Assembly (NCBI RefSeq): GCF_006345805.1
Contig: NC_043013.1
Span: 39,246,001 to 39,310,000 of the forward strand
Length of the DNA stretch: 64,000 nt
Source: Octopus sinensis
Lineage: Eukaryota
Direction: 5' to 3'
Each line of letters starts with the position of its first letter. Position 1 is the stretch's first letter. The notes below the pieces were generated by a model. It had not been told where the DNA came from. It worked only from the letters and a program-made list of their open reading frames with translations, and did no database searches. The position numbers and the translations under genes are program-made. Positions 26,691-39,789 of this stretch are shown here, piece by piece.

Positions 26691-27374
26691 GCCATGAAAA
26701 AATACAAAGCTCAGCATCACCAACGGATCATTGTATACATCTGTGTAATTTTTCGTGCAATTCTACCCAGCCGTTTGACCGTGAATCCTAAGACAAGAAA
26801 GAATCGCCCATGTCAAATTTATATGTATATAAGAATACAATGATCGCCCATTTGTGACTTAATAACTATCCAAATATACATGTAACCTTGTGACAGAAAT
26901 CGATTGGAACCTTTTGACATGAAGTAGCTTGCATACATTGCTAACTTCTCGCTGCATGTGAATCGATAAATCCTTATGTGCCTTTGCGCTCAGCTTTATG
27001 CAAAATAGTAAAAAAAAATTGAATCCTTATTTTTTCTTCCCTTTGTACTGACACTTTTGAAAAGCGAACCCTCTCCACTATATGTAGGAAAAAATCGCTC
27101 TATTTCACAAAATTGGTTTGATTAAAATTGCCCAAAGCACGGCTGAATGGCAGGCGCAATCACCTTTGAATGGAAAAAGTTTTAATCGATTTTCTCGGTA
27201 ACTGTGGGGGCTAGGAAAAAATACAAATGACAGCACACTGTATGGACCCGTCTCCACCCGTGTGACATTTTCACGCGAATCCACCCAGACGTTTGGCTGT
27301 GAACCGCGACAAGAAAGAAAGACTACAAGAATACAACGATCGCCTATGTCCAATTTATATTATATTATATTATA

Positions 27375-27436
<62 letters not shown>

Positions 27437-28277
27437 ATATATATATGTATGTGTGTGTGTGGGTGTGTGGGTGTGTGTATATCCCCCACACACACAAAGT
27501 AGGGTGAGAGAGTGCGTATATACAAATTTATATATATTCTATTACGGTTATTGCTTGAAAGTTCACCCTTCATTAATCATAATATCGATCTTTAAAGTGG
27601 ACTAACTTTTTCCTTCGTTGCCTTTATTATACAGTATATATATTATCTTATATAAGTGATATGTTCGCGTTCTATTTTTCGTATAAATACATGTACATTT
27701 ACTCATATATTAGTGTATATGAGATGGGGTGCTGAAAACAAGGTACTGAATGTTGCATAAAACAAGGTACTGAATGTACAGAATGATCAGTTAATTATAC
27801 CACTTTCAGGCTCACACACTTATTGCAGCAGTCCTTCAGTTTTCCTAAGCCTGTAAAAGATCTCGTAAGGTAAGGTCCTCTAACTAGGCCTTTCACGATA
27901 TTCTTAAAGCCATGAAGTTTTCGCACCACTCGTGTGTGTGCGTATGTGTGTATGTGTCTCTCTCTCTCGCTCTCTCACACACACATGTATCTATGTATGT
28001 ATGTAGACACACACATGTATCTATGTATGTATGTAGACACACACGCACACACACACACACACATATGCAGATACAAATGATGGGCTCCTCCGTCGAAGAT
28101 GATATATCAGAGTTTACCATTTGCCAAACGACCAGCTCCAATTATTTGTTTATAGTGATCAAATGTGCTGTACGTTAGGTCACTCCGTCCACCTTATTGA
28201 CATTGCCTATATCACACGTCAGATCTCGAAACAATTGCAGAGGACACAGCACACCACCCGATTTAGGAATTGAAAGT

Positions 28278-28313
<36 letters not shown>

Positions 28314-28782
28314 TGAATTAGAGATAAAACCACTATTAGGCAAATCAAACAATGAAAATCTTAAGCCAATACATATGGTTAATTTATATTATTTAAATAT
28401 ATAACAAAATTATTTAAAAAAATATAATTAATATCACACTACGATCGTTTCATGCCTGCTAACATCTTCAAATTTTTGAGTCGCAGTCATTCATCAGATA
28501 GTTTAAATATTTTTCTTGGCGAGGTATGTATATATATATTAGGGAATAAATCCAAACTTACAGGGAAAAATTAGATTTAGGATTAAATCCAATTTTATAG
28601 TATAAATATATTATATTATATTATATTATATTAAATTAGAGATAAAACCACTATTAGGCAAATCAAACAGTGATAAACATAAGCCAATACATAAAATTAA
28701 TTAAAAATATAAAAGTTAAAAATTAAAAAATTATTTAGATAAATTAAACTTATAAATTTTAAATTTATATATATACAAATAT

Positions 28783-28827
<45 letters not shown>

Positions 28828-29500
28828 TTTTATATTTATATATTATTTTATTTATTAATTTATTAATTTATTAATTTATTAATTTATATATATATATACT
28901 CACTCGATAGACAACCGGAAATGTGAGACTTGAGAATATTCTCTCGACGTAAAGGTCATTGCCTTTGGATTTCCTTAATGGATTTTACATTAAAGAAGTG
29001 TGGCAACGCCTATTGAAACGATCGTAGAGATAGATTTCGAATGGACTCTTTTCTGGGTTTCGCTTTGTCCTTTATTCATATTTATATCATTTTAGTTTCA
29101 TTATTTTTAGTCGCTTAAAATAGCATTATTTAATTCATAAATTTTTTCTTCATTCGACTTCACTCGTACTAACCTTTTAGGTTTGATCACCTTTTATTCG
29201 TATATATATATATGTATATTTTATACTATTGGGTTTCACTGTTGGATGCCCTGATGTTTTAAATATATGTTTATGCGCGATTTAAGATAGCATGAGAATG
29301 TTATAGAGTTGTTTTGACCAATTAGAGCGTTTATTCATTATGCCTTTCAATCTATTTTTCGTTTCGTCTAAGTGTTGCCTGAGCACTTCCATATGTAGTC
29401 CTGTTTTTATTCTCCAGTTTAATAACATTATAAAATTATCTTCATATATATACATATACATACATACACACACACACACACAAACGCACACATATATACA

Positions 29501-29535
<35 letters not shown>

Positions 29536-29540
29536 GTATG

Positions 29541-29572
<32 letters not shown>

Positions 29573-29589
29573 ACAGAAAAGAGGAATTT

Positions 29590-30230
29590 CGATTATCCCC
29601 ACGTGGTGAGTTGTAATATATATACGAAATTAAAAAAGGAAAATACGCTGGACAAACGTGTATGACCTTGAGAAAGAGAACCACTCTACATAAAGAGCAA
29701 ATCTGTTTCCCGCAATACAGACAAATTCCTCTCAGTGAACATATAGAAAAATGTGCAGGTAACATCAAACCAAATTTCACAGTCTTCCCTTTCTACCAGT
29801 GCAAAAACACAATCTCTCAACTAGAACGTTTAAAGCAAGAAACTTTTTTCATTGAAAAATACAAAACACGTCTTAATATGCACGCATAACCAACTTTTAT
29901 CTTTTTACATATTTCAATTCACGAGTACATCACTGTACATAAATCTCCTCACTAAACAAGGTTTTTGAAACTTGTCTCTGTCTGTACACATATACATTCC
30001 CCTCCCATTATCGAAAGCTGAACAGTTATCTCCCTTACCCACAACAATAAGAATAATAACGACAACCAATTACCTCCCTTTATTTATCTACTTGTGAAGT
30101 CATTCTCTTGTGAATTTCATCACACACAACTTGGACAAAATATCTTCATAAGAAAAAATATATTTTCAAATAAGTAAAACATAATATCATGAATAGTGAT
30201 AGCGAAACCGGTCGATATATTAAAAATTAT
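29590..30230 (+). mobile_element. Penelope-like 3' fragment (GIY-YIG C-terminus, 3' UTR with hammerhead-like motif)
   Basis: YAGQT.MTLRKRTTLHKEQI…P.S.HI..CA…F.VFPFY…R..QE.FFI.KYK..LN. Confidence 0.7.
30184..30218 (+). ncRNA. Minimal hammerhead-like motif with A3-U8 core
   Basis: ATATC/GATAT stem I, ATGAATA core, 2-bp stem II, GAAACCGGTC. Lies downstream of a GIY-YIG fragment. Confidence 0.55.
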
Positions 30231-30469
30231 ATTAAAACTATGTAAGTGTGCGTATTTTCCTTTTTTAATGGAAGATATCAAATATCCTGTATTAGCAATG
30301 CGGTAGGTAATCCATTACGAATGTACAAAGTGTTGGCCATCTAGCTCTAAACAATTATTCATCAGAATTTGAAATAGCGATGAACCGTTTCAAGTACCTC
30401 TTCATTGTCACCGAGTTGTTCACACGCTTCAACAATTCTTTGAAGAAGATGTCCTTGGTCACGAAGCTT

Positions 30470-30925
30470 TTCAGAATACAAATGGGATTTAATGTAGTCC
30501 CAGAAGAAAAAAGTTGATGGGAGTTAAACCTGGTGACCGTGGTACCCATTCAATTGGCATGCGACGCCTGACCAATCTCCCTGGAAAATGTTCAATCAGA
30601 AAATCACGAACCTCTAATGCAGGATGGGGCAGAACGCCATCCTGCATTGTCTTGTTATCAAGCATCATCTTGTTGCCAAGATCCTGCATCATCTTGCTGC
30701 CAACCACCTGTCACTGAGCACTCAAAATAGAATGGTCGAATTACTTGATTATGCCAAATTCTACACCAGACCATTACCTTGCTCCCGCCTTGTTGATTAT
30801 CTGCTTCCATCCTATGAGGACTGGTTTGTGAGTAATGTCGGTAGTTGTGAAAAGAGATAAAAAAAGAGAATGTTAGCAATTTCACATATTGCAGGATGGT
30901 GCGGGACTTTATGGCCACCCTGTAG
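30470..30925 (-). mobile_element. Tc1/mariner remnant
   Basis: TACAGGGTGGCCATAAAGT TIR. QDG..PH…EW.PRSP.LTP..FFL.G motif. Confidence 0.8.
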
Positions 30926-31453
30926 AATATATAGTACTATGCGATTGAAAATGATAAGGAGTTTATAAAGTCGTAAATGACAGGGAAATAGTTTGATGAA
31001 ATTTTATTTAACAATAAGACAATTCTAGTATCACGACAAATTGTTTTGTAACTGAAAAATTTATATTATTACAAGGAGGTGCTACAGCATGGCCGCAGTC
31101 AGATGACTAGATCAAGTAAAAGAATAAAAGAATAAAAGCATATATAAGACAAAATTTTAATTTTGAAATTTACGTGTTGGGATGTTGAGTATGTCCTCAG
31201 TAGTATACCGATAAAGCAGGTTCAGTGCTAAGCAGGATGTGTTGAAACGAAATAGAAAAGTTTGAGTTATGACTAGGAAAAAAGTAGTAAAATATTACAA
31301 GTATGCTTTAAGGAATACATTCAGTAACGTATATAAGGACGAAACCATTCGGTGAGGGAACATAGCTTTAGTTTTCTGCTCACACCTAAGATGCAAAATA
31401 TTGGCGACAACGTCACTTGGTAAACAGTATATTTTGAAGAAATCTCTTGGATT

Positions 31454-31650
31454 TCAGAAAAAAGTTTTAAAAGAACACTTGTTATTTATATATATGAAGC
31501 CAATACATTTTGAAATTAAATCACAAGAAGCCGCACAGGAAATTCTGCTATGGATTCGATCGGTTGAGCTCTTTAACGGTCTTGTAAAGGTGTTTGTGTC
31601 TATTTTTTTTGTGTATCTTGAGGCTTGTATCCCACCATTTTTGTTTAACT
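31454..31650 (-). CDS. Gene Y terminal exon A' (…SRISCAASCDLISKCIGFIYINNKCSFKTFF*)
   Basis: ttttcatattcacag acceptor, phase 1, 197 nt, open to TGA. Not in the ORF track because it lacks an ATG; translated by hand. Confidence 0.8.
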
Positions 31651-31849
31651 CTGTGAATATGAAAAGAAATGGAAGTTAATATTCAATAATATTTTTGTAT
31701 CTTTGATGGTATATGAATTTGTGTGTGGGCATATTCATGTATGTATGTATATGTTTTGTATGGATTAGTAAATAATTAATTCTATACCTTCAGCTCAATA
31801 ACATATAAAAATATGTAAAATATAAAACTCGTTTTAAGCGTTACAGACA

Positions 31850-33290
31850 AACACAACTCTTGCTTGATGGTTCTGGAGGAACGAACTTTTCTAGCCCCTC
31901 ACAAATCGGTGAGATTAATACTATATGATGTTTCTCTTAAACAGCTTCGAATAAAGATATGAACAAGAATGGAATTCCAGAGAGAGAATAGAATGTCCTA
32001 GAAATGAACGTCGTAGGAATGAATGCTCTAGGAGTCATTAGAGTGGAACCTGGTTAGTGAATACAACAAGGTGATGGGAAGGGGAGGAACTTGTGAGGCT
32101 AAAATTTCTGAGTAGAAATGGTGTGTGTCCAGCCAGCTTCAAGCAGTAACGACCATTGTAATAGCGGTGGAAGGAACAGAGAGAAGACTACAACTGTGAG
32201 TGATTTTATGTCATTAGTCGAATGGATCTTTTCTTGATGTGTGCATCTGTGGCACCGTCCCAGGTGTGAGAGCAATGTTCAGTTGTAGGCCTCAACTGAA
32301 CTTTGTAGAATATAGATAACTGCTGGGAGATGATGTCTCTTTTGGTTCTGCAGAGAAGGGCAAGTCATTAGGATGCGATCTTACCTCTGTTAAAGACTTG
32401 CTCTCTCCCAGATTGATCCTTGATGGTATTGAGACCCAAACAAATTAGAGCGGTTTTGAATAGGCTAACTGCGTTTTGCTCATGATTAAGACAACAAGAC
32501 ACGCTGGTGTGTCCTTGATATGAGAAGCGTTTGTGATTTCTTGATGTTGAAAGAGACAAGATTAGCATATCCCCACTGAAGGGTGTTTTTGGAGTTCTCT
32601 TTCAAAGTGTTAACATGTATGTAGCGTGAAGTGTCTAGTTCGTGAATAAATAGAGCAGAATCAGTGAGGGTTATGAAGGAATAAAGAGTAGTGTCATCTG
32701 GTAAATATAAGCGTTGATGGATGTGCTGGGAAGTAAATCGTGAATATATAGAAGAAAGTGTATGGAGAACAAAACCTAACACTGAGATACGCCGGGGTTG
32801 ATGAAGAAAAGATAATGCTCCGTCAATACAAGTATCAATGTGCGATCTGACAGGAAGTTACTGATTTAAGAGATAAGATTATATTAGACATATTAGAATT
32901 AAGTGCTATCATACATTAGTTGCCAGGGTTAGGGTGGTTGAATGTTTTGAGATAAAATATGTAAGTTTATGCCTACACAGATATAAATGCTTATTCTTGA
33001 GCGTTGTTTGAGGATTATAAGAGAAACACCAACTAGGTGGGTGACTTTGATTCATTGAAGTAATTGAAAGGGCTTTCAGACTTGACGAATGTGCATTTAA
33101 ATTGATGATCCTGGAGTGGTTGAAGCGGATAGAAGTGAAAGAGCTTTGCCAATTGTTTACAGTGTGAAACTGAGTGCAAAGTTAGAGATATTCTCTGCGA
33201 GACTACTAGCATACGAAATCATCTGTGTTGGGATATGAGGCAGGTAATGGATTCTGATAAGTTAATAGAAGGCATTATTAATAATAAAAG
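31850..33290 (-). mobile_element. Decayed CR1/Jockey-superfamily LINE RT
   Basis: GV.Q.(S)VL….FLLYI.DL and FN..K.Q motifs, with stops. Confidence 0.7.
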
Positions 33291-33454
33291 AACAAATGTA
33301 TTAATTGATACATATAACTTTATATAAATAGTAGTATTCGGTATTCAATGTTGTTTTATAAAACAGTATTCCCATAAAATTAATCTATGCAAAGAGGTGT
33401 TTCCATGAAAAATTATTTCGTCGCGGTACTACTCGTTTACATATATACACATAT

Positions 33455-33485
<31 letters not shown>

Positions 33486-33774
33486 GACGAGTATTGCTAC
33501 AACGAAACCATTTTAACGGAAGCGTCTTTACATAGAATGATTATATATATGTGATGTGTTATCTTTTGTATTTTATATTTTTCTTCTTTCAGTCATGTTG
33601 GGGCACCACCTTGAAGGGTTTTAATCGAACAAATCAACCCAAGGAATAATTACCTTTTGAAGCCTAGCACTTATTCTATTGGACCCCTTTGCCGAACTGC
33701 TAGGTTACTGGGGCGTAAACACACTACCACTGGTTGTCGATGTTTGTGCGTCTGTATGTATCTGATGGTGGGCT

Positions 33775-34800
33775 GAAATTCATAGACTTACTATGAATGA
33801 GTGACGCTATATCTATCAAATTTTGCATGCATTAGTTTCAACCCATCTTATTAATAGTTTCATCATATCGTTCCAGGTAAACTGGTATTTGCCTGCTCAA
33901 AGAAGACTTCATAAGTAACTAGTAGCGACTTCTCTTAAAAATGAACAAATTTGGGCATCATGATGTTATGAAGTACCTGCAGAAAATGACTTTAACTCCC
34001 TAGAACATTCATGTAGACATGCTTGCTACATTAGAACATTACGCTCCAGCTTTCTCAACAGTGCAGCTGGATTCAGGAGGAGAAAGGAGAGTTTTGAAGA
34101 TCATCGAATGTCTCGATGTCTTGCAACTGTCATTTCCGAGGTGATGGATGACAGGCAACTGACTATAAATCAAACAGCCAATGTTATTAGCTTATCCCGT
34201 GAGTGAGTTCAGAATATTCTGCACAATAAATTTGACAATAATGAAGGTTTCTTCTCGATAGGTGTCACGTTTTCTGACAGATCAGATGACGGGAAAATCA
34301 GATATTTTTTGAAGCAGATCTCGCAGGTTGTTTCTTTGAGGTTTTCTTAACTCAGGATGAGTGTGGGTCTCACCCCTTTCAGCCAGTGACAAAGAGAAAA
34401 TCGATGCAGTGTAACCGCCTTCTCTTCACCTGGTCCAAAGAAAGCCAAGATCGTTTAATCTGCAGGGAATGTGATTGACTCAGATTTTTTTTAATGCAAA
34501 AGGCATTATATTTATTGACTTGAAAAGGACCACACCTTCAATGGAGAGTACTATGCCAACTTTCTGAGGCAGGAAACTAAACCTAAGGAAAATGGTCTTG
34601 CTTCATGATGACAATGTTCCAGCACACATCTCTTTGATGTGAATGGCTGTTTTGTGTGACAATGGCTTTGAACTGCTTGATCACGTCCCTATTCGCCTAA
34701 TTTGGTCGCATCTGACTACCATCTGTTCCCCAACATGAAGAAGAACACTTGACTGGAAACCGCATTGACGATGACTTTTTTTTAACCAACAGGATAAAAG
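33775..34800 (+). mobile_element. Decayed mariner transposase
   Basis: T.DE.., SAG.V, GII..D…NGEYY, HD.NVPAH and PYSP.L..SDYHLFP motifs. Confidence 0.85.
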
Positions 34801-35335
34801 CTTCTTCCCAAATGGAATCCAAGCAATACCATACCGTCTTTCACATACTCCATCCTCTGTGAAGAGGATGTTTGCATTTACTCGCAACTACTTGGAGATT
34901 TGAAACAGTTAGTGGAAATTTGTTACCTGCTGCCAGGTCACATTCGTCTGGTAGTTGCGCCTATGATATTATTCTATAAAGCTATAGCATAGAAGGTCGG
35001 AGTTTAACCTGATTTTCCAAACCCTATAAAAGACTGAAATTACAACATGCTTCCACGGATGGAAAGTTGTTACCTCACACGGTTAGATTTCAAGCTATTG
35101 CTGTAACATAATTACACGAGAGTATTGTAAAATAAAGTGGGTTATTTTATTAATATCCAAGAACACGTTGCACCTCACCTCTGGATATCGAAACAAGGAT
35201 CTTACGATTTTGATTGCAACCCCTTAATCATTAAACCATGCACTTTTGATATTGCGTTATGAAATAAATAAACAAATATTCAATCCAAAAGAAATAAATA
35301 AAATATGGTAATCGCTGTGAAAATAAATATATTAC

Positions 35336-35428
35336 CGTTTTTAAAGTAAATCATACGTAAATTTCTCAAAGTGCAGCCTTTAGGTGACGGAACATCATCT
35401 AGATTACGCTTCATTTCGAACTTGTAGG
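35336..35428 (-). CDS. Gene Y linker exon E' (YKFEMKRNLDDVPSPKGCTLRNLRMIYFKN)
   Basis: 93 nt, phase 1-1, intact AG/GT, colinear with 3314-3406. Confidence 0.7.
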
Positions 35429-35867
35429 CTAAACGAAAAGCACGAAATACATATATTTACTCATATCGTTACACAAACATTTGTATGTATACAAACCATA
35501 TATCTATTTCTTTACTACCCACAAGGGGCTAAACACAGAGAGGACAAACAAGGACAGACAAACGGATTAAGTCGATTATATCGACCCCAGTGCGTAACTG
35601 GTACTTATTTAATCAACCCCGAAAGGATGAAAGGCAAATTCGACCTCGGCGGTATTTGAACTCAGAACGTAACGGCTACAAACCATATATCCTGATATGT
35701 ATTCCTTCAGTCCAATGAATTTACATTATTTCGTTGAGTTACTGGATTCAGTCAATGTATTTTCTGTTTATAGTTATTGTCTTTGTTAGATTATTTTTTA
35801 GATTATTTTTCTATGTAGATTTCAAACTGTCAAAAATTATAGAATTAATATGGTATTTTTTGTTTTA

Positions 35868-36254
35868 TCTTTATATATAAAAGTGAAGTTGTGAGAGTGT
35901 CTGTCTCCTACGATTTGGATTCCTAACTACTCCCACATTTTGCGGTGCAGTTTAACCAAAACCGGGTATCTTATAGTCGTGATTCATATCGAACCCTTCT
36001 GGGTATTAGCGCGCGTCTACGATGAGTCTACGGTTTTAAAAAGAATTTACCATCATTTTTTCCCATTTTAATGCATTTTTCGCTATTATATAAGGGAAGT
36101 CTAAAAATGTCTACAATGAGTCAAAAAAAATTACCATAATTTTTTTTCCATTTTTAATGCATTTTTCTTTGCTATTTTTTGGCTATAACTCTCTAAAAAT
36201 GCTTATATAGTTATTTCCCTTACAAACCCGAGCAACGCCGGGCGATACTGCTAG
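35868..36254 (+). mobile_element. Non-autonomous Helitron
   Basis: 5' TC, 3' hairpin (cccgagcaacgccggg) then CTAG, inserted between A and T. Shares both ends with 57683-58197. Confidence 0.8.
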
Positions 36255-36986
36255 TTATTTATAAAGTAAATTAAGTTATTCAATGACGTCGCTATTTGTT
36301 GAATGAATGTCTTAAGTTGAATTTGATTTGGATGTTTATTTTTGTTAGCGATTATTTGTAGCTAAAATGTTTTCAGATGTTCTGTTGGAATTTCACCAAT
36401 ATCGATTACCTTGATAATGCCGGCATATATTTTCGAAGATATTATTAATTTTGATAATATTGTTTATACCTATATACATGTGTATCTGTATGCTCGTGCA
36501 TGTTTGTGTGTGTTCGTGTTTATGCATATGTGAGTATATGTGTGTGTGTTTCTGTGTGTATGTATATGTGAATGTAATTTCAGTAATTGTTAGATTTTTA
36601 AGGTGGGATCTAAAAAATAAAGATTATTATTTTCTTCATACATATAATTTGTCGTTGTTCCGCTGAGGTCGACTTTGCCTTTCATCCTTTCGGGGTCAAC
36701 AAATTAATTACCATTTGCGTACTGGGGACGAATTAATCGACAGGCCCCCACCTACCAAAAATTTCGGGCCTTGTGCATAGAGTAGAAAACATTTGTCGTT
36801 GTTAAATACTCTGAATTTTTTAAAAGCCTACAAAACGATTCTTAGATTTACATGTTATGCATCAGAATTTACCTGGGATTCCTATTCTACTTACATTTAC
36901 AGGTAACTGATTGTTGGAAATTTAAGCTTATTTCTTTATACCGAGTTCTAAATTGATATCTGACAAGAATTTTAATCCCATTTTTT

Positions 36987-37038
<52 letters not shown>

Positions 37039-37041
<3 letters not shown>

Positions 37042-37213
37042 CATATGAGAGGGAACCACTATGTGGATGCCCTTATGCTAGAAGTAGATCCGCTATGGTC
37101 TTATTTGGTTACTTGCCGAATTTATTTCTTGAGAACATTTCTTAGTGGTAAGACCATAGCGGATCTACTTCTAGCGTAAGGGCATCCACATAGTGGTTCC
37201 CTCCCATATGTAT
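37039..37213. repeat. Inverted repeat with ~65-bp arms, abutting (TA)n
   Basis: Arms 37039-37103 and 37149-37213. Confidence 0.9.
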
Positions 37214-37311
37214 ATAATGCAATTTTACTGAACCTTCAGTTTTTTATATGCTAGACCACTGCTGTCAAATTGATGTAAATTTAATTAATATCAAATTTCT
37301 CACCCTCATTT

Positions 37312-37355
<44 letters not shown>

Positions 37356-37410
37356 TTAGTGAATTGAAGAAATGGAGTTGAACGAAGATTGAACAGAAAT
37401 CGTTTTATTG

Positions 37411-37494
37411 CATTCTACACGTGTTTCGAAAGGCACAATTTACCAAATTCCGATTGAATAATGAGACCATATTGTGTCTTTCTCTTCAGGAACA
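37411..37494 (-). ncRNA. Inverted copy of the same hammerhead motif
   Basis: Exact reverse complement of 38223-38306 within the left arm of the inverted repeat. Confidence 0.85.
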
Positions 37495-38222
37495 AATAGG
37501 AAATCCGTTGGAAAAAACAAAAACAGAACAGAGGCGGAGCAAAACAAATCGAACGAGGCTCCTAAGAGCCCATGGCCAAACTTATATGAAAATAGCCCTT
37601 GGTAATAAATTCTGAAAAAGCTTTTAAGAGAAATATGATTAACCATTGCAAGGGGAATTACTCCTGGGAGATGAATGGTGTTTTGTTTTTGACGACGGGG
37701 GGGTTTCTTTGACAAGGCATGATTAGACGAACACACGCACACATAAAATATTTTTTTCTGCCGCCCGACGGATTTTACAGCAGTGACCATTGTGTAGAGC
37801 TGTTTACCAACTGACGGCCGCGCGATCAAACGCACACACGTACACATAAAATATTTTCTACCCCCTGACGGATTTCTCAGCAGTGACCAGAGTGTAGCGC
37901 TTCTTACCAACTTGCGGCCGTACATATATAGAACAGTACACACACACATGTCTCTAAGTAGAATTTGCCTCGCCCCATATAATACACCTAATATTCTTTA
38001 AATAGTCAGAACTTTAGTCTCGGTCACAAAGAACATCTACGCACCCCGTGCCCTCACCCACCGGAATGACCGCTGCCTGACCCGTTAAAATCTTCAACGC
38101 ACCCACCACCCGTTTTCAACATACATTGATAAACAGTTTGGCCATGGGCTCTTAGGAGCCTCGTTCGATTTGTTTTGCTCCGCCTCCGTTCTGTTTTTGT
38201 TTTTTCCAACGGATTTCCTATT

Positions 38223-38306
38223 TGTTCCTGAAGAGAAAGACACAATATGGTCTCATTATTCAATCGGAATTTGGTAAATTGTGCCTTTCGAAACACGTGT
38301 AGAATG
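38223..38306 (+). ncRNA. Canonical type I hammerhead ribozyme motif
   Basis: Stem I TGTTC/GAATG, core CTGAAGA, long stem II GAAAGACACAAT…ATTGTGCCTTTC, GAAA, stem III C-ACGT-G, predicted cleavage after GUA at 38301. Confidence 0.85.
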
Positions 38307-38506
38307 CAATAAAACGATTTCTGTTCAATCTTCATTCAACTCCATTTCTTCAATTCACTAATAATATTAAAATTCAATTATCCGCACGGTTGCAACACCA
38401 TATGGTTGTACCTCCAACCGTGCTGTCTTCTGCTGTGATTTTTGCTACCAAGGTATCGGTTAAACTTTTGATTAATCTGCAACAAGATTATTCATCTTTC
38501 TATTTC

Positions 38507-38543
<37 letters not shown>

Positions 38544-38786
38544 GTTTACGTTTATGAATTCGTTTTGCAAGATTCTTGATGTGCTAAAACAAATATTGTT
38601 GTATTTGGGGATGGTCCTGTTGCTAATTTAGCCAATGAAAGCACATGCACTATTTATACGGTGTTCGCAGCGAAAGAACTCTGACCGAAGTATAATTAAT
38701 ATCAAATAAAGCTAATACAATGAAGACCGAATAAATAGTGCGTATGTTTTCATTGGCTAAATTGGCAACATGGCCATCCCCAAAAT

Positions 38787-38831
<45 letters not shown>

Positions 38832-38919
38832 TAATCCAAACGGGAAACAAAAAAAACAACAACAATGGAACAATTACAGTATTATTATTAATAGGCGCTC
38901 AGGAAAAGGAAGCAGGGAG

Positions 38920-38954
38920 GTATGACGTTTCGAGCGGAGCTCTTCGTCGGAAAC
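38920..38954 (-). ncRNA. Minimal hammerhead motif in PLE pseudo-LTR (U4C core); second copy at 45155-45189
   Basis: CCGACGA-A-GAGC-TCC-GCTC-GAAACGTC. Stem I (GTTT/ATAC) has one mismatch. Confidence 0.6.
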
Positions 38955-39789
38955 ATAAAGAAGGAGAGAGAGGAAAGAAAGATCCCAGAGCGGGCAACAG
39001 GGAAAGAGAAAAAAGACGACTGGTGTTTACGAGTTGCACATGGTGAAAGGCGGATGTTTACGAAAACAGAGCAAAGTGGGTTTTTAAAGGCAAAAGAGTG
39101 GAGACAAGGTTGGTAACGCAACAGATGTGTGTGTATGTGTGAGTGTGTGCGTGTGCGTGTGTGTATGTGTGTGTGTGAGGCGAGATGAAAAAAACAAAAA
39201 ATATATATGTGTGTGTTAGTGTGTGCGTCTGTGTGTAGGCGAGTGTGTGAGGTAGGGGCAGACAGTGGTCAGCTTAGCAGACAAAGGTCAGTAGTAAGAA
39301 AGAAGAAGGAGGAAGGGAGGGAGGGGAAGGGGTGGGGGCGTATGTAGCGTGCCAGCGTGTGTTGAGTAGTAGTGTGTGTGTGTGTCCAGTGTCGTGGTGG
39401 TATAAATGGCGAGTAGATTGAATGTGTGTAAGAGTAATGTATATATTTAAGCAATGTGTGTATATGTGTGCGCGTGTGTGTAACGAAAAAGGGGGGGGGG
39501 TTAAGGAAAAAGGACTCCAGCTGAGGGGAAGATGGAAGAGTGGTCCCGCGGAGGCGGGCGTGGGAAAACCCAACGACACGCGACGGTCCCAGGAACGGGC
39601 GGGAGGTCCTGTCGGTTCCAAGAGCGAGGTGCCTGCGGAGCGTATGCGTACGCGAACCGGCGCAAGCGCGTGCGCGAGCCTGCGAGTATGTGCGTAAGTA
39701 TGTATGTGTGTGGATGTGTGAGTGTGTCTGTGTGTATGTCCGGGTGGCAGTGTGTCCGATGAATGTATGTGAGTATGTGTGTATGTATG

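Larger units (their letters stand above)
37348..38369. mobile_element. Fold-back element, 235-bp near-perfect arms (37348-37582 and 38135-38369), each carrying a hammerhead; probably PLE-derived
   Basis: Reverse-complement match. The spacer has two imperfect ~110-bp direct repeats (~37735-37950). Confidence 0.75.
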
